Source of the DNA: the human T2T-CHM13v2.0 reference genome, Homo sapiens
Assembly (NCBI RefSeq): GCF_009914755.1
Contig: NC_060933.1
DNA length: 64,000 nt
Reading direction: 5' to 3' (one strand)
Below are positions 13,301-28,504 of this stretch, piece after piece. The translations under genes were made by a program, and so were the position numbers. Each line of letters opens with the position of its first letter. The stretch's first letter is position 1. The notes under the pieces were generated by a model, which saw only the letters and a list, made by a program, of their open reading frames with translations, ran no database searches and had not been told where the DNA came from.

Positions 13301-16274
13301 GGAATGGAATGGAATGGAATGGAATGGAATGGAATCAACGCGAGTGCAGGGGAATGGAATGGAATGGAATGCAATGGAATGGAATCTTCCGGAATGGAAT
13401 GGAATGGAATGGAATGGAATGGAATGCAATGGATTCAACTCGATTGCAATGGAATGGAATAGAATGGAATGGAATGGAATGGAATGGAATTAATCCGAAC
13501 AGAATGGAATGGAATGGAATGGAACGGAATGGAACGGAATGGAATGGAATGGAATGGAATGGAATGGTATGGAATGGAATGGAATGGTACGGAATAGAAT
13601 GGAATGGAACGAATTGTAATGGAATGGAATTGAATGGAATGGAATGGAATGGAATGGAATCTACGCGAGTGCAGGGGAATGTAATGGAAAGGAATGCAAT
13701 GGAATGGAATCATCCGGAATGGAATGGAATGGAATGGAATGGAATGGAATGGAATCAACCCGAGTGCAATGGAATGGAGTGGAATTGAATGGAATGGAAT
13801 GGAACAACCCGAATGGAATGGAATGTAATGGAGAGTAAGGGAGTTGAATAGAATCAATCCGAATGTAATGGAATGGAATGCAACGGAATGGAATGGAATG
13901 GAATGGAATGGAATGCAATGGAATGGAATCAACCCGAGTACAATGGAATGGAATGGAATGGAATGGAATTTAATGGAATGGAATGGAATGGAATGGAATG
14001 GAATGGAATGGAATGGAATCGTTCCGAGTGGAATAGGAGGGAATGTTTTCGAGTGGAATGGAAAGGAATGGAATCAACCAGAGTGGAATGGAAGGGAATG
14101 GAATGGAATGGAAACTAATAGAATGGAATCAACCCGACTGGAATGGAATGGAAAGGACTGGAATGGAATGGAATGGAATGGAATCAACTCGATTGTAATG
14201 GAATGGAATTGAATGGAATGGAATGGAATGGAATTAACCCGAATACAATGGAATGGAATGGAATGGAACGGAATGGAGTGGAATGGAATGGAATCAACCC
14301 GAGTGGAGGGGAATGGAATGGAATGGAATGCAATGGAATGGAATTAACCCGAATAGAATGGAATGGAATGGAGTGGAATGGAACGGAATGGAATGGAATG
14401 GAATGGAATGGAATGGAATGGAATGGAATCAACCCGACTACAGGGGAATGGAATGGAATGGAATGCAATGGAATGGAATCATCCGTAATGGAATGGAAAG
14501 GAATGGAATGGAATGGAATGGAATGGAATGGAATGGAATCAACTCGATTGCAATCGAATGGAATGGAATGGAATTAACCGGAATAGAATGGAATGGAATG
14601 GAATGGAACGGAACGGAACGGAACGGAACGGAACGGAGTGGAATGGAATGGAATGGAATTGTATGGAATGGAATGGCATGGTACGGAATAGAATGGAATG
14701 GAAAGATTTGGAATGGAATGGAATCGAATGGAATGGAATGGAATGGAATGGAATCAACCCGAGTGCAAGGGAATGTAATGGAACGGAATGCAATGGAATG
14801 GAATCATCCGGAATGGAATGGAATGGAATGGAATGGAATGGAATGGAATGGAATGATACGGAATAGAATGGAATGGAACGAAATGGAATGGAATGGAATG
14901 GAATGGAATGGAATGGAATGGAATCGTTCCGAGTGGAATAGGAGGGAATGTTTTCGAGTGGAATGGAAAGGAATGGAATCAACCAGAGTGGAATGGAAGG
15001 GAATGGAATGGAATGGAAACTAATAGAATGGAATCAACCCGACTGGAATGGAATGGAAAGGACTGGAATGGAATGGAATGCAATGGAATCAACTCGATTG
15101 TAATGGAATGGAATGGAATGGAATGGAATGGAATGGAATTAACCCGAATAAAATGGAATGGAATGGCATGGAACGGAATGGAGTGGAATGGAATGGAATC
15201 AACCCGAGTGGAGGGGAAAGGAATGGAATGGAATGCAATGGAATGGAATCATCCGTAATGGAATGGAAAGGAATGGAATGGAATGGAATGGAATGGAATG
15301 GAATGGAATGGAATCAACTCGATTGCAATCGAATGGAATGGAATGGAATTAACCGAATAGAATGGAATGGAATGGAATGGAACGGAACGGAATAGAATGG
15401 AATGGAATGGAATGGAATGGAATGGAAAGGAAGGGAATGGAATGGATTAGAATGGAATGGAATGGAATAAACGCGAGTGCACGGGAATGGAATGGAATGG
15501 AATGCAATCTAATGGAATCTTCCGGAATGGAATGAAATGGAATGGAATGGAATGGAATGGAATGGAATCAACCCGAGTGCAATGGAATGGACTGGAATGG
15601 AATGGAATGGAATGGAACAACCCGAATGGAATGGAATGTAATGGAGACTAAGGGAGTTGAATAGAATCAATGCGAATGTAATGGAATGGAATGGAACGGA
15701 ATGGAATTGAATGGAATGGAATGGAATGCAATGTAATGGAATCAACCCGAGTGCAATGGAAAGGAGAGGAATGGAATGGAATGGAATGGAAACTACCCGA
15801 ATGGAATGGAATGTAATGGAGTGAAAGGGAATTGAATAGAATCAATCCGAATGTAATGGAATGGAATGGAACGGAATGGAATGGAATGGAATGGAATGGA
15901 ATGGAATGCAATGGAATGGAATCAACCCGAGTGCAATCGAATGGAATCGAATGGAATGGAATGCAATGGAATGGATTCAACTTGAATGGAATGGAAAGAA
16001 TGGAATCAACACGAGTGGAATGGCATGGATTCAATGGAATGGAATGGAATCAACCCGAGTACAGGGGAATGGAATGGAATGGAATGCAATGGAATGGAAT
16101 CATCCGTAATGGAAAGAAGGGAATGGAATGGAATGGAATGGAATGGAATGGAATGGAATGGAATGGAATCAACTCGATTGCAATCGAATGGAATGGAATG
16201 GAATTAACTCGAATAGAATGGAATGGAATGGAATGGAGCGGAACGGAATGGAATGGAATGGAATGGAATGGAAT

Positions 16275-17740
16275 GGAACGGAACGGAATGGAATGGAATG
16301 GAATGGAATGGAATGGAATCAACGCGAGTGCAGGGGAATGGAATGGAATGGAATGCAATGGAATGGAATCTTCCGGAATGGAATGGAATGGAATGGAATG
16401 TAATGGAATGGAATCAACCCGAGTGCAATGGAATGGAGTGGAATGGAATGGAATGGAATGGAACAACCCGAATGGAATGGAATGTAATGGAGAGTAAGGG
16501 AGTTGAATAGAATCAATCCGAATGTAATGGAATGGAATGGAACGGAATCGAATTGAATGGAATGGAATGGAATGCAATGGAATGGAATCAACCCGAGTGC
16601 AATGGAATGGAGAGGAATGGAATGGAATGGAATGGAAACTACCCGAATGGAATGGAATGTAATGGAGTGTAAGGGAATTGAATAGAATCAATCCGAATGT
16701 AATGGAATGGAATGGAATGGAAAGGAATGGAATGGAATGGAATGGAATGGAATGCAATGGAATGGAATCAACCCGAGTGCAATCGAATAGAATCGAATGG
16801 AATGGAATGCAATGGAATGGATTCAACTTGAATGGAATGGAAAGAATGGAATCAACACGAGTGGAATGGCATGGATTGGAATGGAATGGAATGGAATCAA
16901 CCCGAGTACAGGGGAATGGAATGGAATGGAATGCAATGGAATGGAATCATCCGTAATGGAATGGAAAGGAATGGAATGGAATGGAATGGAATGGAATGGA
17001 ATGGAATGGAACGGAACGGAATGGAATGGAATGGAATGGAATGGAATGGAATCAACGCGAGTGCAGGGGAATGGAATGGAATGGAATGCAATGGAATGGA
17101 ATCTTCCGGAATGGAATGGAATGGAATGGAATGTAATGGAATGGAATCAACCCGAGTGCAATGGAATGGAGTGGAATGGAATGGAATGGAATGGAACAAC
17201 CCGAATGGAATGGAATGTAATGGAGAGTAAGGGAGTTGAATAGAATCAATCCGAATGTAATGGAATGGAATGGAACGGAATGGAATTGAATGGAATGGAA
17301 TGGAATGCAATGGAATGGAATCAACCCGAGTGCAATGGAATGGAGAGGAATGGAATGGAATGGAATGGAAACTACCCGAATGGAATGGAATGTAATGGAG
17401 TGTAAGGGAATTGAATAGAATCAATCCGAATGTAATGGAATGGAATGGAATGGAAAGGAATGGAATGGAATGGAATGGAATGGAATGCAATGGAATGGAA
17501 TCAACCCGAGTGCAATCGAATAGAATCGAATGGAATGGAATGCAATGGAATGGATTCAACTTGAATGGAATGGAAAGAATGGAATCAACACGAGTGGAAT
17601 GGCATGGATTGGAATGGAATGGAATGGAATCAACCCGAGTACAGGGGAATGGAATGGAATGGAATGCAATGGAATGGAATCATCCGTAATGGAATGGAAA
17701 GGAATGGAATGGAATGGAATGGAATGGAATGGAATGGAAT
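16275..17740 (+). repeat. 733 bp tandem duplication
   Basis: ORF offsets 16319/17052 and 16678/17411 (733). Both units carry the AATCGAATAGAATCG variant. Confidence 0.88.
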
Positions 17741-18155
17741 GGAATGGAATGGAATCAACTCGATTGCAATCGAATGGAATGGAATGGAATTAACCCGAAT
17801 AGAATGGAATGGAATGGAATGGAACGCAACGGAATGGAATGGAATGGAATGGAACGGAATGGAATGGAACGGAATGGAATGGAATGGAATCAACGCGAGT
17901 GCAGGGGAAAGGAATGGAATGGAATGCAATGGAATGGAATCTTCCGGAATGGAATGGAATGGAATGGAATGGAATGGAATGGAATGGAATCAACTCGATT
18001 GCAATCGAATGGAATGGAATGGAATTAACCCGAATAGAATGGAATGGAATGGAATGGAACGGAACGTAATGGAATGGAACGGAATGGAATGGAATGGAAT
18101 GGAATGGAATGGAATGAAATGGAATGGAATCAACCCGAGTACAATGGAACGGAAT

Positions 18156-18195
18156 GTAATGTAATGTAATGTAATGTAATGTAATGTAATGTAAT
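18156..18195 (+). repeat. (GTAAT)8 microsatellite within the satellite
   Basis: Eight consecutive GTAAT units directly after CCGAGTACAATGGAACGGAAT. Confidence 0.95.
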
Positions 18196-20714
18196 GGAAT
18201 GGAATGGAATGGAAAGGAATCAACCCGAGTGCAATGGAATGGAGAGGAATGGAATGGAATGGAATGGAAACTACCCGAATGGAATGGAATGTAATGGAGT
18301 GTAAGGGAATTGAATAGAATCAATGCGAATGGAATGGAATGGAATGGAACGGAATGTAATGGAATGGAATGGAATGGAATCAACCCGAGTGCAGGGGAAT
18401 GGAATGGAATGGAATGCAATGGAATGGAATCATCCGGAATGGAATCTAATGGAATGCAGTGGAATGGAATGGAATGGAATCAACCCGAGTGCAATGGAAT
18501 GGAGTGAAATGGAATGGAATGGAATGGAAACAACCAGAATGGATTGGAATATAATGGAGTGTAAGGGAAGTGAATAGAATCAATCTGAATGTAATGAAAT
18601 GGAATGGAACGGAATGGAATGGAACGGAATGGAATGTAATGGAATGGAATGGAATCAACCCGAGTGCAATCGAATGGAATCGAATGGAATGGAATGCAAT
18701 GGAATGGATTCAACTTGAGTGGAAAGGAAAGAATGGAATCAACACGAGTGGAATGGCATGGATTGGAATGGAATGGAATGGAATCAACCCGAGTACAGGG
18801 GAATGGAATGGAATGGAATGCAATGGAATGGAATCATCAGTAATGGAATGGAAAGGAATGGAAAGGACTGGAATGGAATGGAATGGAATGGAATGGAATG
18901 GAATGGAATCAACTCGATTGCAATCGAATGGAATGTAATGGAATTAACCCGAATAGAATGGAATGGAATGGAATGGAACGGAACGGAATGGAATGGAATG
19001 GAATGGAATTGAACGGAAAGGAATGGAATGGAATGGAATGGAACGGAACGGAACGGAACGGAACGGAACGGAGTGGAATGGAATGGAATGGAATTGTATG
19101 GAATGGAATGGCATGGTACGGAATAGAATGGAATGGAAAGATTTGGAATGGAATGGAATCGAATGGAATGGAATGGAATGGAATGGAATCAACCCGAGTG
19201 CAAGGGAATGTAATGGAACGGAATGCAATGGAATGGAATCATCCGGAATGGAATGGAATGGAATGGAATGGAATGGAATGGAATGGAATGGAATGATACG
19301 GAATAGAATGGAATGGAACGAAATGGAATGGAATGGAATGGAATGGAATGGAATGGAATGGAATCGTTCCGAGTGGAATAGGAGGGAATGTTTTCGAGTG
19401 GAATGGAAAGGAATGGAATCAACCAGAGTGGAATGGAAGGGAATGGAATGGAATGGAAACTAATAGAATGGAATCAACCCGACTGGAATGGAATGGAAAG
19501 GACTGGAATGGAATGGAATGCAATGGAATCAACTCGATTGTAATGGAATGGAATGGAATTGAATGGAATGGAATGGAATGGAATTAACCCGAATACAATG
19601 GAATGGAATGGCATGGAACGGAATGGAGTGGAATGGAATGGAATCAACCCGAGTGGAGGGGAAAGGAATGGAATGGAATGCAATGGAATGGAATCATCCG
19701 TAATGGAATGGAAAGGAATGGAATGGAATGGAATGGAATGGAATGGAATGGAATGGAATCAACTCGATTGCAATCGAATGGAATGGAATGGAATTAACCG
19801 AATAGAATGGAATGGAATGGAATGGAACGGAACGGAATAGAATGGAATGGAATGGAATGGAATGGAATGGAAAGGAAGGGAATGGAATGGATTAGAATGG
19901 AATGGAATGGAATAAACGCGATTGCACGGGAATGGAATGGAATGGAATGCAATCTAATGGAATCTTCCGGAATGGAATGAAATGGAATGGAATGGAATGG
20001 AATGGAATGGAATCAACCCGAGTGCAATGGAATGGACTGGAATGGAATGGAATGGAATGGAACAACCCGAATGGAATGGAATGTAATGGAGACTAAGGGA
20101 GTTGAATAGAATCAATGCGAATGTAATGGAATGGAATGGAACGGAATGGAATTGAATGGAATGGAATGGAATGCAATGTAATGGAATCAACCCGAGTGCA
20201 ATGGAAAGGAGAGGAATGGAATGGAATGGAATGGAAACTACCCGAATGGAATGGAATGTAATGGAGTGAAAGGGAATTGAATAGAATCAATCCGAATGTA
20301 ATGGAATGGAATGGAACGGAATGGAATGGAATGGAATGGAATGGAATGGAATGCAATGGAATGGAATCAACCCGAGTGCAATCGAATGGAATCGAATGGA
20401 ATGGAATGCAATGGAATGGATTCAACTTGAATGGAATGGAAAGAATGGAATCAACACGAGTGGAATGGCATGGATTCAATGGAATGGAATGGAATCAACC
20501 CGAGTACAGGGGAATGGAATGGAATGGAATGCAATGGAATGGAATCATCCGTAATGGAAAGAAAGGAATGGAATGGAATGGAATGGAATGGAATGGAATG
20601 GAATGGAATCAACTCGATTGCAATCGAATGGAATGGAATGGAATTAACTCGAATAGAATGGAATGGAATGGAATGGAGCGGAACGGAATGGAATGGAATG
20701 GAATGGAATGGAAT

Positions 20715-22190
20715 GGAACGGAACGGAATGGAATGGAATGGAATGGAATGGAATGGAATCAACGCGAGTGCAGGGGAATGGAATGGAAGGGAATGCAATG
20801 GAATGGAATCTTCCGGAATGGAATGGAATGGAATGGAATGTAATGGAATGGAATCAACCCGAGTGCAATGGAATGGAGTGGAATGGAATGGAATGGAATG
20901 GAACAACCCGAATGGAATGGAATGTAATGGAGAGTAAGGGAGTTGAATAGAATCAATCCGAATGTAATGGAATGGAATGGAACGGAATGGAATTGAATGG
21001 AATGGAATGGAATGCAATGGAATGGAATCAACCCGAGTGCAATGGAATGGAGAGGAATGGAATGGAATGGAATGGAAACTACCCGAATGGAATGGAATGT
21101 AATGGAGTGTAAGGGAATTGAATAGAATCAATCCGAATGTAATGGAATGGAATGGAATGGAAAGGAATGGAATGGAATGGAATGGAATGGAATGCAATGG
21201 AATGGAATCAACCCGAGTGCAATCGAATAGAATCGAATGGAATGGAATGCAATGGAATGGATTCAACTTGAATGGAATGGAAAGAATGGAATCAACACGA
21301 GTGGAATGGCATGGATTGGAATGGAATGGAATGGAATCAACCCGAGTACAGGGGAATGGAATGGAATGGAATGCAATGGAATGGAATCATCCGTAATGGA
21401 ATGGAAAGGAATGGAATGGAATGGAATGGAATGGAATGGAATGGAATGGAATGGAACGGAACGGAATGGAATGGAATGGAATGGAATGGAATGGAATCAA
21501 CGCGAGTGCAGGGGAATGGAATGGAATGGAATGCAATGGAATGGAATCTTCCGGAATGGAATGGAATGGAATGGAATGTAATGGAATGGAATCAACCCGA
21601 GTGCAATGGAATGGAGTGGAATGGAATGGAATGGAATGGAACAACCCGAATGGAATGGAATGTAATGGAGAGTAAGGGAGTTGAATAGAATCAATCCGAA
21701 TGTAATGGAATGGAATGGAACGGAATGGAATTGAATGGAATGGAATGGAATGCAATGGAATGGAATCAACCCGAGTGCAATGGAATGGAGAGGAATGGAA
21801 TGGAATGGAATGGAAACTACCCGAATGGAATGGAATGTAATGGAGTGTAAGGGAATTGAATAGAATCAATCCGAATGTAATGGAATGGAATGGAATGGAA
21901 AGGAATGGAATGGAATGGAATGGAATGGAATGCAATGGAATGGAATCAACCCGAGTGCAATCGAATAGAATCGAATGGAATGGAATGCAATGGAATGGAT
22001 TCAACTTGAATGGAATGGAAAGAATGGAATCAACACGAGTGGAATGGCATGGATTGGAATGGAATGGAATGGAATCAACCCGAGTACAGGGGAATGGAAT
22101 GGAATGGAATGCAATGGAATGGAATCATCCGTAATGGAATGGAAAGGAATGGAATGGAATGGAATGGAATAGAATGGAATGGAATGGAAT
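20715..22190 (+). repeat. 738 bp tandem duplication (paralog of the 733 bp pair)
   Basis: ORF offsets 20759/21497 and 21118/21856 (738). Confidence 0.88.
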
Positions 22191-22874
22191 GGAATGGAAT
22201 CAACTCGATTGCAATCGAATGGAATGGAATGGAATTAACCCGAATAGAATGGAATGGAATGGAATGGAACGCAACGGAATGGAATGGAATGGAATGGAAC
22301 GGAATGGAATGGAACGGAATGGAATGGAATGGAATCAACGCGAGTGCAGGGGAAAGGAATGGAATGGAATGCAATGGAATGGAATCTTCCGGAATGGAAT
22401 GGAATGGAATGGAATGGAATGGAATGGAATGGAATCAACTCGATTGCAATCGAATGGAATGGAATGGAATTAACCCGAATAGAATGGAATGGAATGGAAT
22501 GGAACGGAACGTAATGGAATGGAATGGAATGGAACGGAACGGAATGGAATGGAATGGAATGGAATGGAATCAACCCGAGTGCAAGGGAATGTAATGGAAC
22601 GGAATGCAATGGAATGGAATCATCCGGAATGGAATGGAATGGAATGGAATGGAATGGAATGGAATGGAATCAACACGAGTGCAATGGAATGGAGTGGAAT
22701 GGAATGGAATAGAATGGAACAACCCGAATGGAATGGAATGTAATGGAGAGTAAGGGAGTTGAATAGAATCAATTCGAATGTAATGGAATGGAACGGAATG
22801 GAATGGAATGGAATGGAATGGAATGGAATGGAATGAAATGGAATGGAATCAACCCGAGTACAATGGAACGGAAT

Positions 22875-22909
22875 GTAATGTAATGTAATGTAATGTAATG
22901 TAATGTAAT
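22875..22909 (+). repeat. (GTAAT)7 microsatellite
   Basis: Seven consecutive GTAAT units in the same flanking context. Confidence 0.95.
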
Positions 22910-25900
22910 GGAATGGAATGGAATGGAAAGGAATCAACCCGAGTGCAATGGAATGGAGAGGAATGGAATGGAATGGAATGGAAACTACCCGAATGGAATG
23001 GAATGTAATGGAGTGTAAGGGAATTGAATAGAATCAATGCGAATGGAATGGAATGGAATGGAACGGAATGTAATGGAATGGAATGGAATGGAATCAACCC
23101 GAGTGCAGGGGAATGGAATGGAATGGAATGCAATGGAATGGAATCATCCGGAATGGAATCTAATGGAATGCAGTGGAATGGAATGGAATGGAATCAACCC
23201 GAGTGCAATGGAATGGAGTGAAATGGAATGGAATGGAATGGAAACAACCAGAATGGATTGGAATATAATGGAGTGTAAGGGAAGTGAATAGAATCAATCT
23301 GAATGTAATGAAATGGAATGGAACGGAATGGAATGGAACGGAATGGAATGTAATGGAATGGAATGGAATCAACCCGAGTGCAATCGAATGGAATCGAATG
23401 GAATGGAATGCAATGGAATGGATTCAACTTGAGTGGAAAGGAAAGAATGGAATCAACACGAGTGGAATGGCATGGATTGGAATGGAATGGAATGGAATCA
23501 ACCCGAGTACAGGGGAATGGAATGGAATGGAATGCAATGGAATGGAATCATCAGTAATGGAATGGAAAGGAATGGAAAGGACTGGAATGGAATGGAATGG
23601 AATGGAATGGAATGGAATGGAATCAACTCGATTGCAATCGAATGGAATGTAATGGAATTAACCCGAATAGAATGGAATGGAATGGAATGGAACGGAACGG
23701 AATGGAATGGAATGGAATGGAATTGAACGGAAAGGAATGGAATGGAATGGAATGGAATGGAATGGAATGGAATCAACGCGAGTGCAGGGGAATGGAATGG
23801 AATCGAATGGAATGGAAAGGAATGGAATGGAATCAACCCGAGTGCAGGGGAATGTAATAGAACGGAATGCAATGGAATGGAATCATCCGGAATGGAATGG
23901 AATGGAATGGAATGGAATCAACCCGAGTGCAATGGAATGGAGTGGAATGGAATGGAATGGAATGGAACAACCCGAATGGAATGGAATGTAATGGAGAGTA
24001 AGGGAGTTGAAAAGAATCAATCCGAATGTAATGGAATGCAACGGAATGGAATGGAATGGAATGCAATGGAATGGAATCAACCCGAGTACAATGGAATGGA
24101 ATGGAATGGAATGGAATTTAATGGAATGGAATGGAATGGAATGTAATGATACGGAATAGAATGGAATGGAACGAAATGGAATGGAATGGAATGGAATGGA
24201 ATGGAATGGAATGGAATCGTTCCGAGTGGAATAGGAGGGAATGTTTTCGAGTGGAATGGAAAGGAATGGTATCAACCAGAGTGGAATGGAAGGGAATGGA
24301 ATGGAATGGAAACTAATAGAATGGAATCAACCCGACTGGAATGGAATGGAAAGGACTGGAATGGAATGGAATGCAATGGAATCAACTCGATTGTAATGGA
24401 ATGGAATGGAATGGAATGGAATGGAATGGAATTAACCCGAATACAATGGAATGGAATGGCATGGAACGGAATGGAGTGGAATGGAATGGAATCAACCTGA
24501 GTGGAGGGGAAAGGAATGGAATGGAATGCAATGGAATGGAATCATCCGTAATGGAATGGAAAGGAATGGAATGGAATGGAATGGAATGGAATGGAATGGA
24601 ATGGAATCAACTCGATTGCAATCGAATGGAATGGAATGGAATTAACCGAATAGATTGGAATGGAATGGAATGGAACGGAACGGAATAGAATGGAATGGAA
24701 TGGAATGGAATGGAATGGAATGGAAAGGAAGGGAATGGAATGGATTAGAATGGAATGGAATGGAATAAACGCGAGTGCACGGGAATGGAATGGAATGGAA
24801 TGGAATCTAATGGAATCTTCCGGAATGGAATGAAATGGAATGGAATGGAATGGAATAGAATGGAATCAACCCGAGTGCAATGGAATGGACTGGAATGGAA
24901 TGGAATGGAATAGAACAACCCGAATGGAATGGAATGTAATGGAGAGTAAGGGAGTTGAATAGAATCAATCCGAAAGTAATGGAATGGAATAGAACGGAAT
25001 GGAATTGAATGGAATGGAATGGAATGCAATGGAATGGAATCAACCCGAGTGCAATGGAAAGGAGAGGAATGGAATGGAATGGAATGGAAACTACCCGAAT
25101 GGAATGGAATGTAATGGAGTGAAAGGGAATTGAATAGAATCAATCCGAATGTAATGGAATGGAATGGAACGGAATGGAATGGAATGGAATGGAATGGAAT
25201 GGAATGCAATGGAATGGAATCAACCCGAGTGCAATCGAATGGAATCGAATGGAATGGAATGCAATGGAATGGATTCAACTTGAATGGAATGGAAAGAATG
25301 GAATCAACACGAGTGGAATGGCATGGATTGGAATGGAATGGAATGGAATCAACCCGAGTACAGGGGAATGGAATGGAATGGAATGCAATGGAATGGAATC
25401 ATCCGTAATGGAAAGAAAGGAATGGAATGGAATGGAATGGAATGGAATGGAATCAACTCGATTGCAATCGAATGGAATGGAATGGAATTAACTCGAATAG
25501 AATGGAATGGAATGGAATGGAGCGGAACGGAATGGAATGGAATGGAATGGAATGGAACGGAACGGAATGGAATGGAATGGAATGGAATGGAATGGAATCA
25601 ACGCGAGTGCAGGGGAATGGAATGGAATGGAATGCAATGGAATGGAATCTTCCGGAATGGAATGGAATGGAATGGAATGGAATGGAATGGAATCAACCCG
25701 AGTGCAATGGAATGGAGTGGAATGGAATGGAATGGAATGGAACAACCCGAATGGAATGGAATGTAATGGAGAGTAAGGGAGTTGAATAGAATCAATCCGA
25801 ATGTAATGGAATGGAATGGAACGGAATGGAATTGAATGGAATGGAATGGAATGCAATGGAATGGAATCAACCCGAGTGCAATGGAAAGGAGAGGAATGGA

Positions 25901-28504
25901 ATGGAATGGAATGGAAACTACCCGAATGGAATGGAATGTAATGGAGTGTAAGGGAATTGAATAGAATCAATCCGAATGTAATGGAATGGAATGGAATGGA
26001 AAGGAATGGAATGGAATGGAATGGAATGGAATGCAATGGAATGGAATCAACCCGAGTGCAATCGAATGGAATCGAATGGAATGGAATGCAATGGAATGGA
26101 TTCAACTTGAATGGAATGGAAAGAATGGAATCAACACGAGTGGAATGGCATGGATTGGAATGGAATGGAATGGAATCAACCCGAGTACAGGGGAATGGAA
26201 TGGAATGGAATGCAATGGAATGGAATCATCCGTAATGGAATGGAAAGGAATGGAATGGAATGGAATGGAATGGAATGGAATGGAATGGAATCAACTCGAT
26301 TGCAATCGAATGGAATGGAATGGAATTAACCCGAATAGAATGGAATGGAATGGAATGGAACGCAACGGAATGGAATGGAATGGAATGGAATGGAATGGAA
26401 CGGAACGGAATGGAATGGAACGGAATGGAATGGAATGGAATCAATGCGAGTGCAGGGGAATGGAATGGAATGGAATGCAATGGAATGGAATCTTCCGGAA
26501 TGGAATGGAATGGAATGGAATGGAATGGAATCAACTCGATTGCAATCGAATGGAATGCAATGGAATTAACCCGAATAGAATGGAATGGAATGGAATGGAA
26601 CGGAACGTAATGGAATGGAATGGAATGGAACGGAACGGAATGGAATGGAATGGAATGGAATGGAATTTAATCAACGCGAGTGCAGGGGAATGGAATGGAA
26701 TGGAATGCAATGCAATGGAATCTTCCGGAATGGAATGGAATGGAATGGAATGGAATGGAATGGAATGGAATGAAATGCAATGGGTTCAAATCGATTGCAA
26801 TGGAATGGAATAGAATGGAATGGAATGGAATGGAATGGAATGGAATTAATTCGAATAGAATGGAATGGAATGGAATGGAACGGAATGGAACGGAATGGAA
26901 TGGAATGGAATGGAATGGTATTGAATGGAATGGAATGGTACGGAATAGAATGGAATGGAACGAATTGTAATGGAATGGAATGGAATGGAATGGAATGGAA
27001 TGGAATCAACGCGAGTGCAGGGGAATGTAATGGAACGGAATGCAATGGAATGGAATCATCCGCAATATAATGGAATGGAATGGAATGGAATGGAATCAAC
27101 CCGAGTGCAATGGAATGGAGTGGAATGGAATGGAATGGAATGGAACAACCCTAATGGAATGGAATGTAATGCAGAGTAAGGGAGTTGAATAGAATCAATC
27201 CGAATGTAATGGAATGGAATGCAACGGAATGGAATGGAATGGAATGGAATGGAATGCAATGGAATTGAATCAACCCGAGTACAATGGAATGGAATGGAAT
27301 GGAATAGAATGGAAGGGAATGGAATGGAATGGAATGATACGGAATAGAATGGAATGGAACGAAATGGAATGGAATGGAATGGAATGGAATGGAATGGAAT
27401 GGAATGGAATGGAATCCTTCCGAGTGGAATAGGAGGGAATGTATTCGAGTGGAATGGAAAGGAATGGAATCAACCAGAGTGGAATGGAAGGGAAAGGACT
27501 GGAATGGAATGGAATGGAATGGAATCAACTCGATTGTAATGGAATGGAATGGAATGTAATGGAATGGAATGGAATTAACCCGAATACAATGCAATGGAAT
27601 GGAATGGAACGGAATGGAGTGGAATGGAATGGAATCAACCCGAGTGCAGCAGAATGGAATGGAATGGAATGCAATGGAATGGAATCATTCGGAATGGAAT
27701 GGAATGGAATGGAATGCAAAGCAATGGAATCAACTCGATTGCAATGGAATGGAATGGACTGGAAAGGAATACAATGGAATCACCCCGAGTGGAATGGAAT
27801 GGAAAGGACTGGAATGGAGTGGAATGGAATGGAATGGAATGGAATGGAATCAACTCGATTGGAATGGAATGGAATGGAATGGAATGGAATGGAATTAACC
27901 CGAATAGAATGGAATGGAATGGAATGGAACGGAACGGAATGGAATGGAATGGAATGGAATGGAATGGAATGGAATCAACCCGACTGCAGGGGAATGGAAT
28001 GGAATGGAAGGCAATGGAATGGATTCAACTTGAATGGAACGGAAAGAATGGAATCAACACGAGTGGAATGGCATGGATTGGAATGGAATGGAATGGAATC
28101 AACCCGAGTACAGGGGAATGGAATGGAATGGAATGGAATGGAACGGAATCATCCGTAATGGAATGGAAAGAAATGGAATGGAGTGGAATGGAATGGAATG
28201 GAATGGAATGGAATGGAATCAACTCGATTGCAATCGAATGGAATGGAATGGAATTAACCCGAATAGAATGGAATGGAATGGAATGGAACGGAACGGAACG
28301 GAACGGAACGGAGTGGAATGGAATGGAATGGAATTGTATGGAATGGAATGTCATGGTACGGAATAGAATGGAATGGAAGAATTGGAATGGAATGGAATCG
28401 AATGGAATGGAATGGAATGGAATGGAAACAACCCGACTGCAGGGGAATGGAAAGGAATGGAATGCAATGGAATGGATTCAACTTGAATGGAATGGAAAGA
28501 ATGG

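Larger units (their letters stand above)
14605..23755 (+). repeat. Tandem duplication of an about 4.4-4.7 kb unit (14605-19039 and 19040-~23755)
   Basis: Offsets of 4440-4445 (14893/19333, 15832/20277, 17411/21856), then 4714 (18310/23024, 18570/23284). Shared variants: GGATTAGAA, GTGCACGGG/TTGCACGGG, GAGACTAAGG, CAACTTGAGTGGAAAGG. Confidence 0.9.
9951..28504 (+). repeat. Large duplication, copy A (18,554 bp, internally expanded)
   Basis: Offset of 18549-18559 to copy B across ORF pairs 10007/28561, 10377/28931, 12019/30568, 13844/32393, 15832/34391 and 16678/35232. Shared unique variants include GAACGTAATGC, CGAGTACATTGG, CTACGCGAG and TAATCCGAACAG. Confidence 0.9.

Noticed and set aside
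24655-28265. 3.6 kb length resembling the Y-chromosome DYZ1 unit
   Set aside because: This is a single indel length, not a repeating period. The window shows no regular 3.6 kb periodicity.
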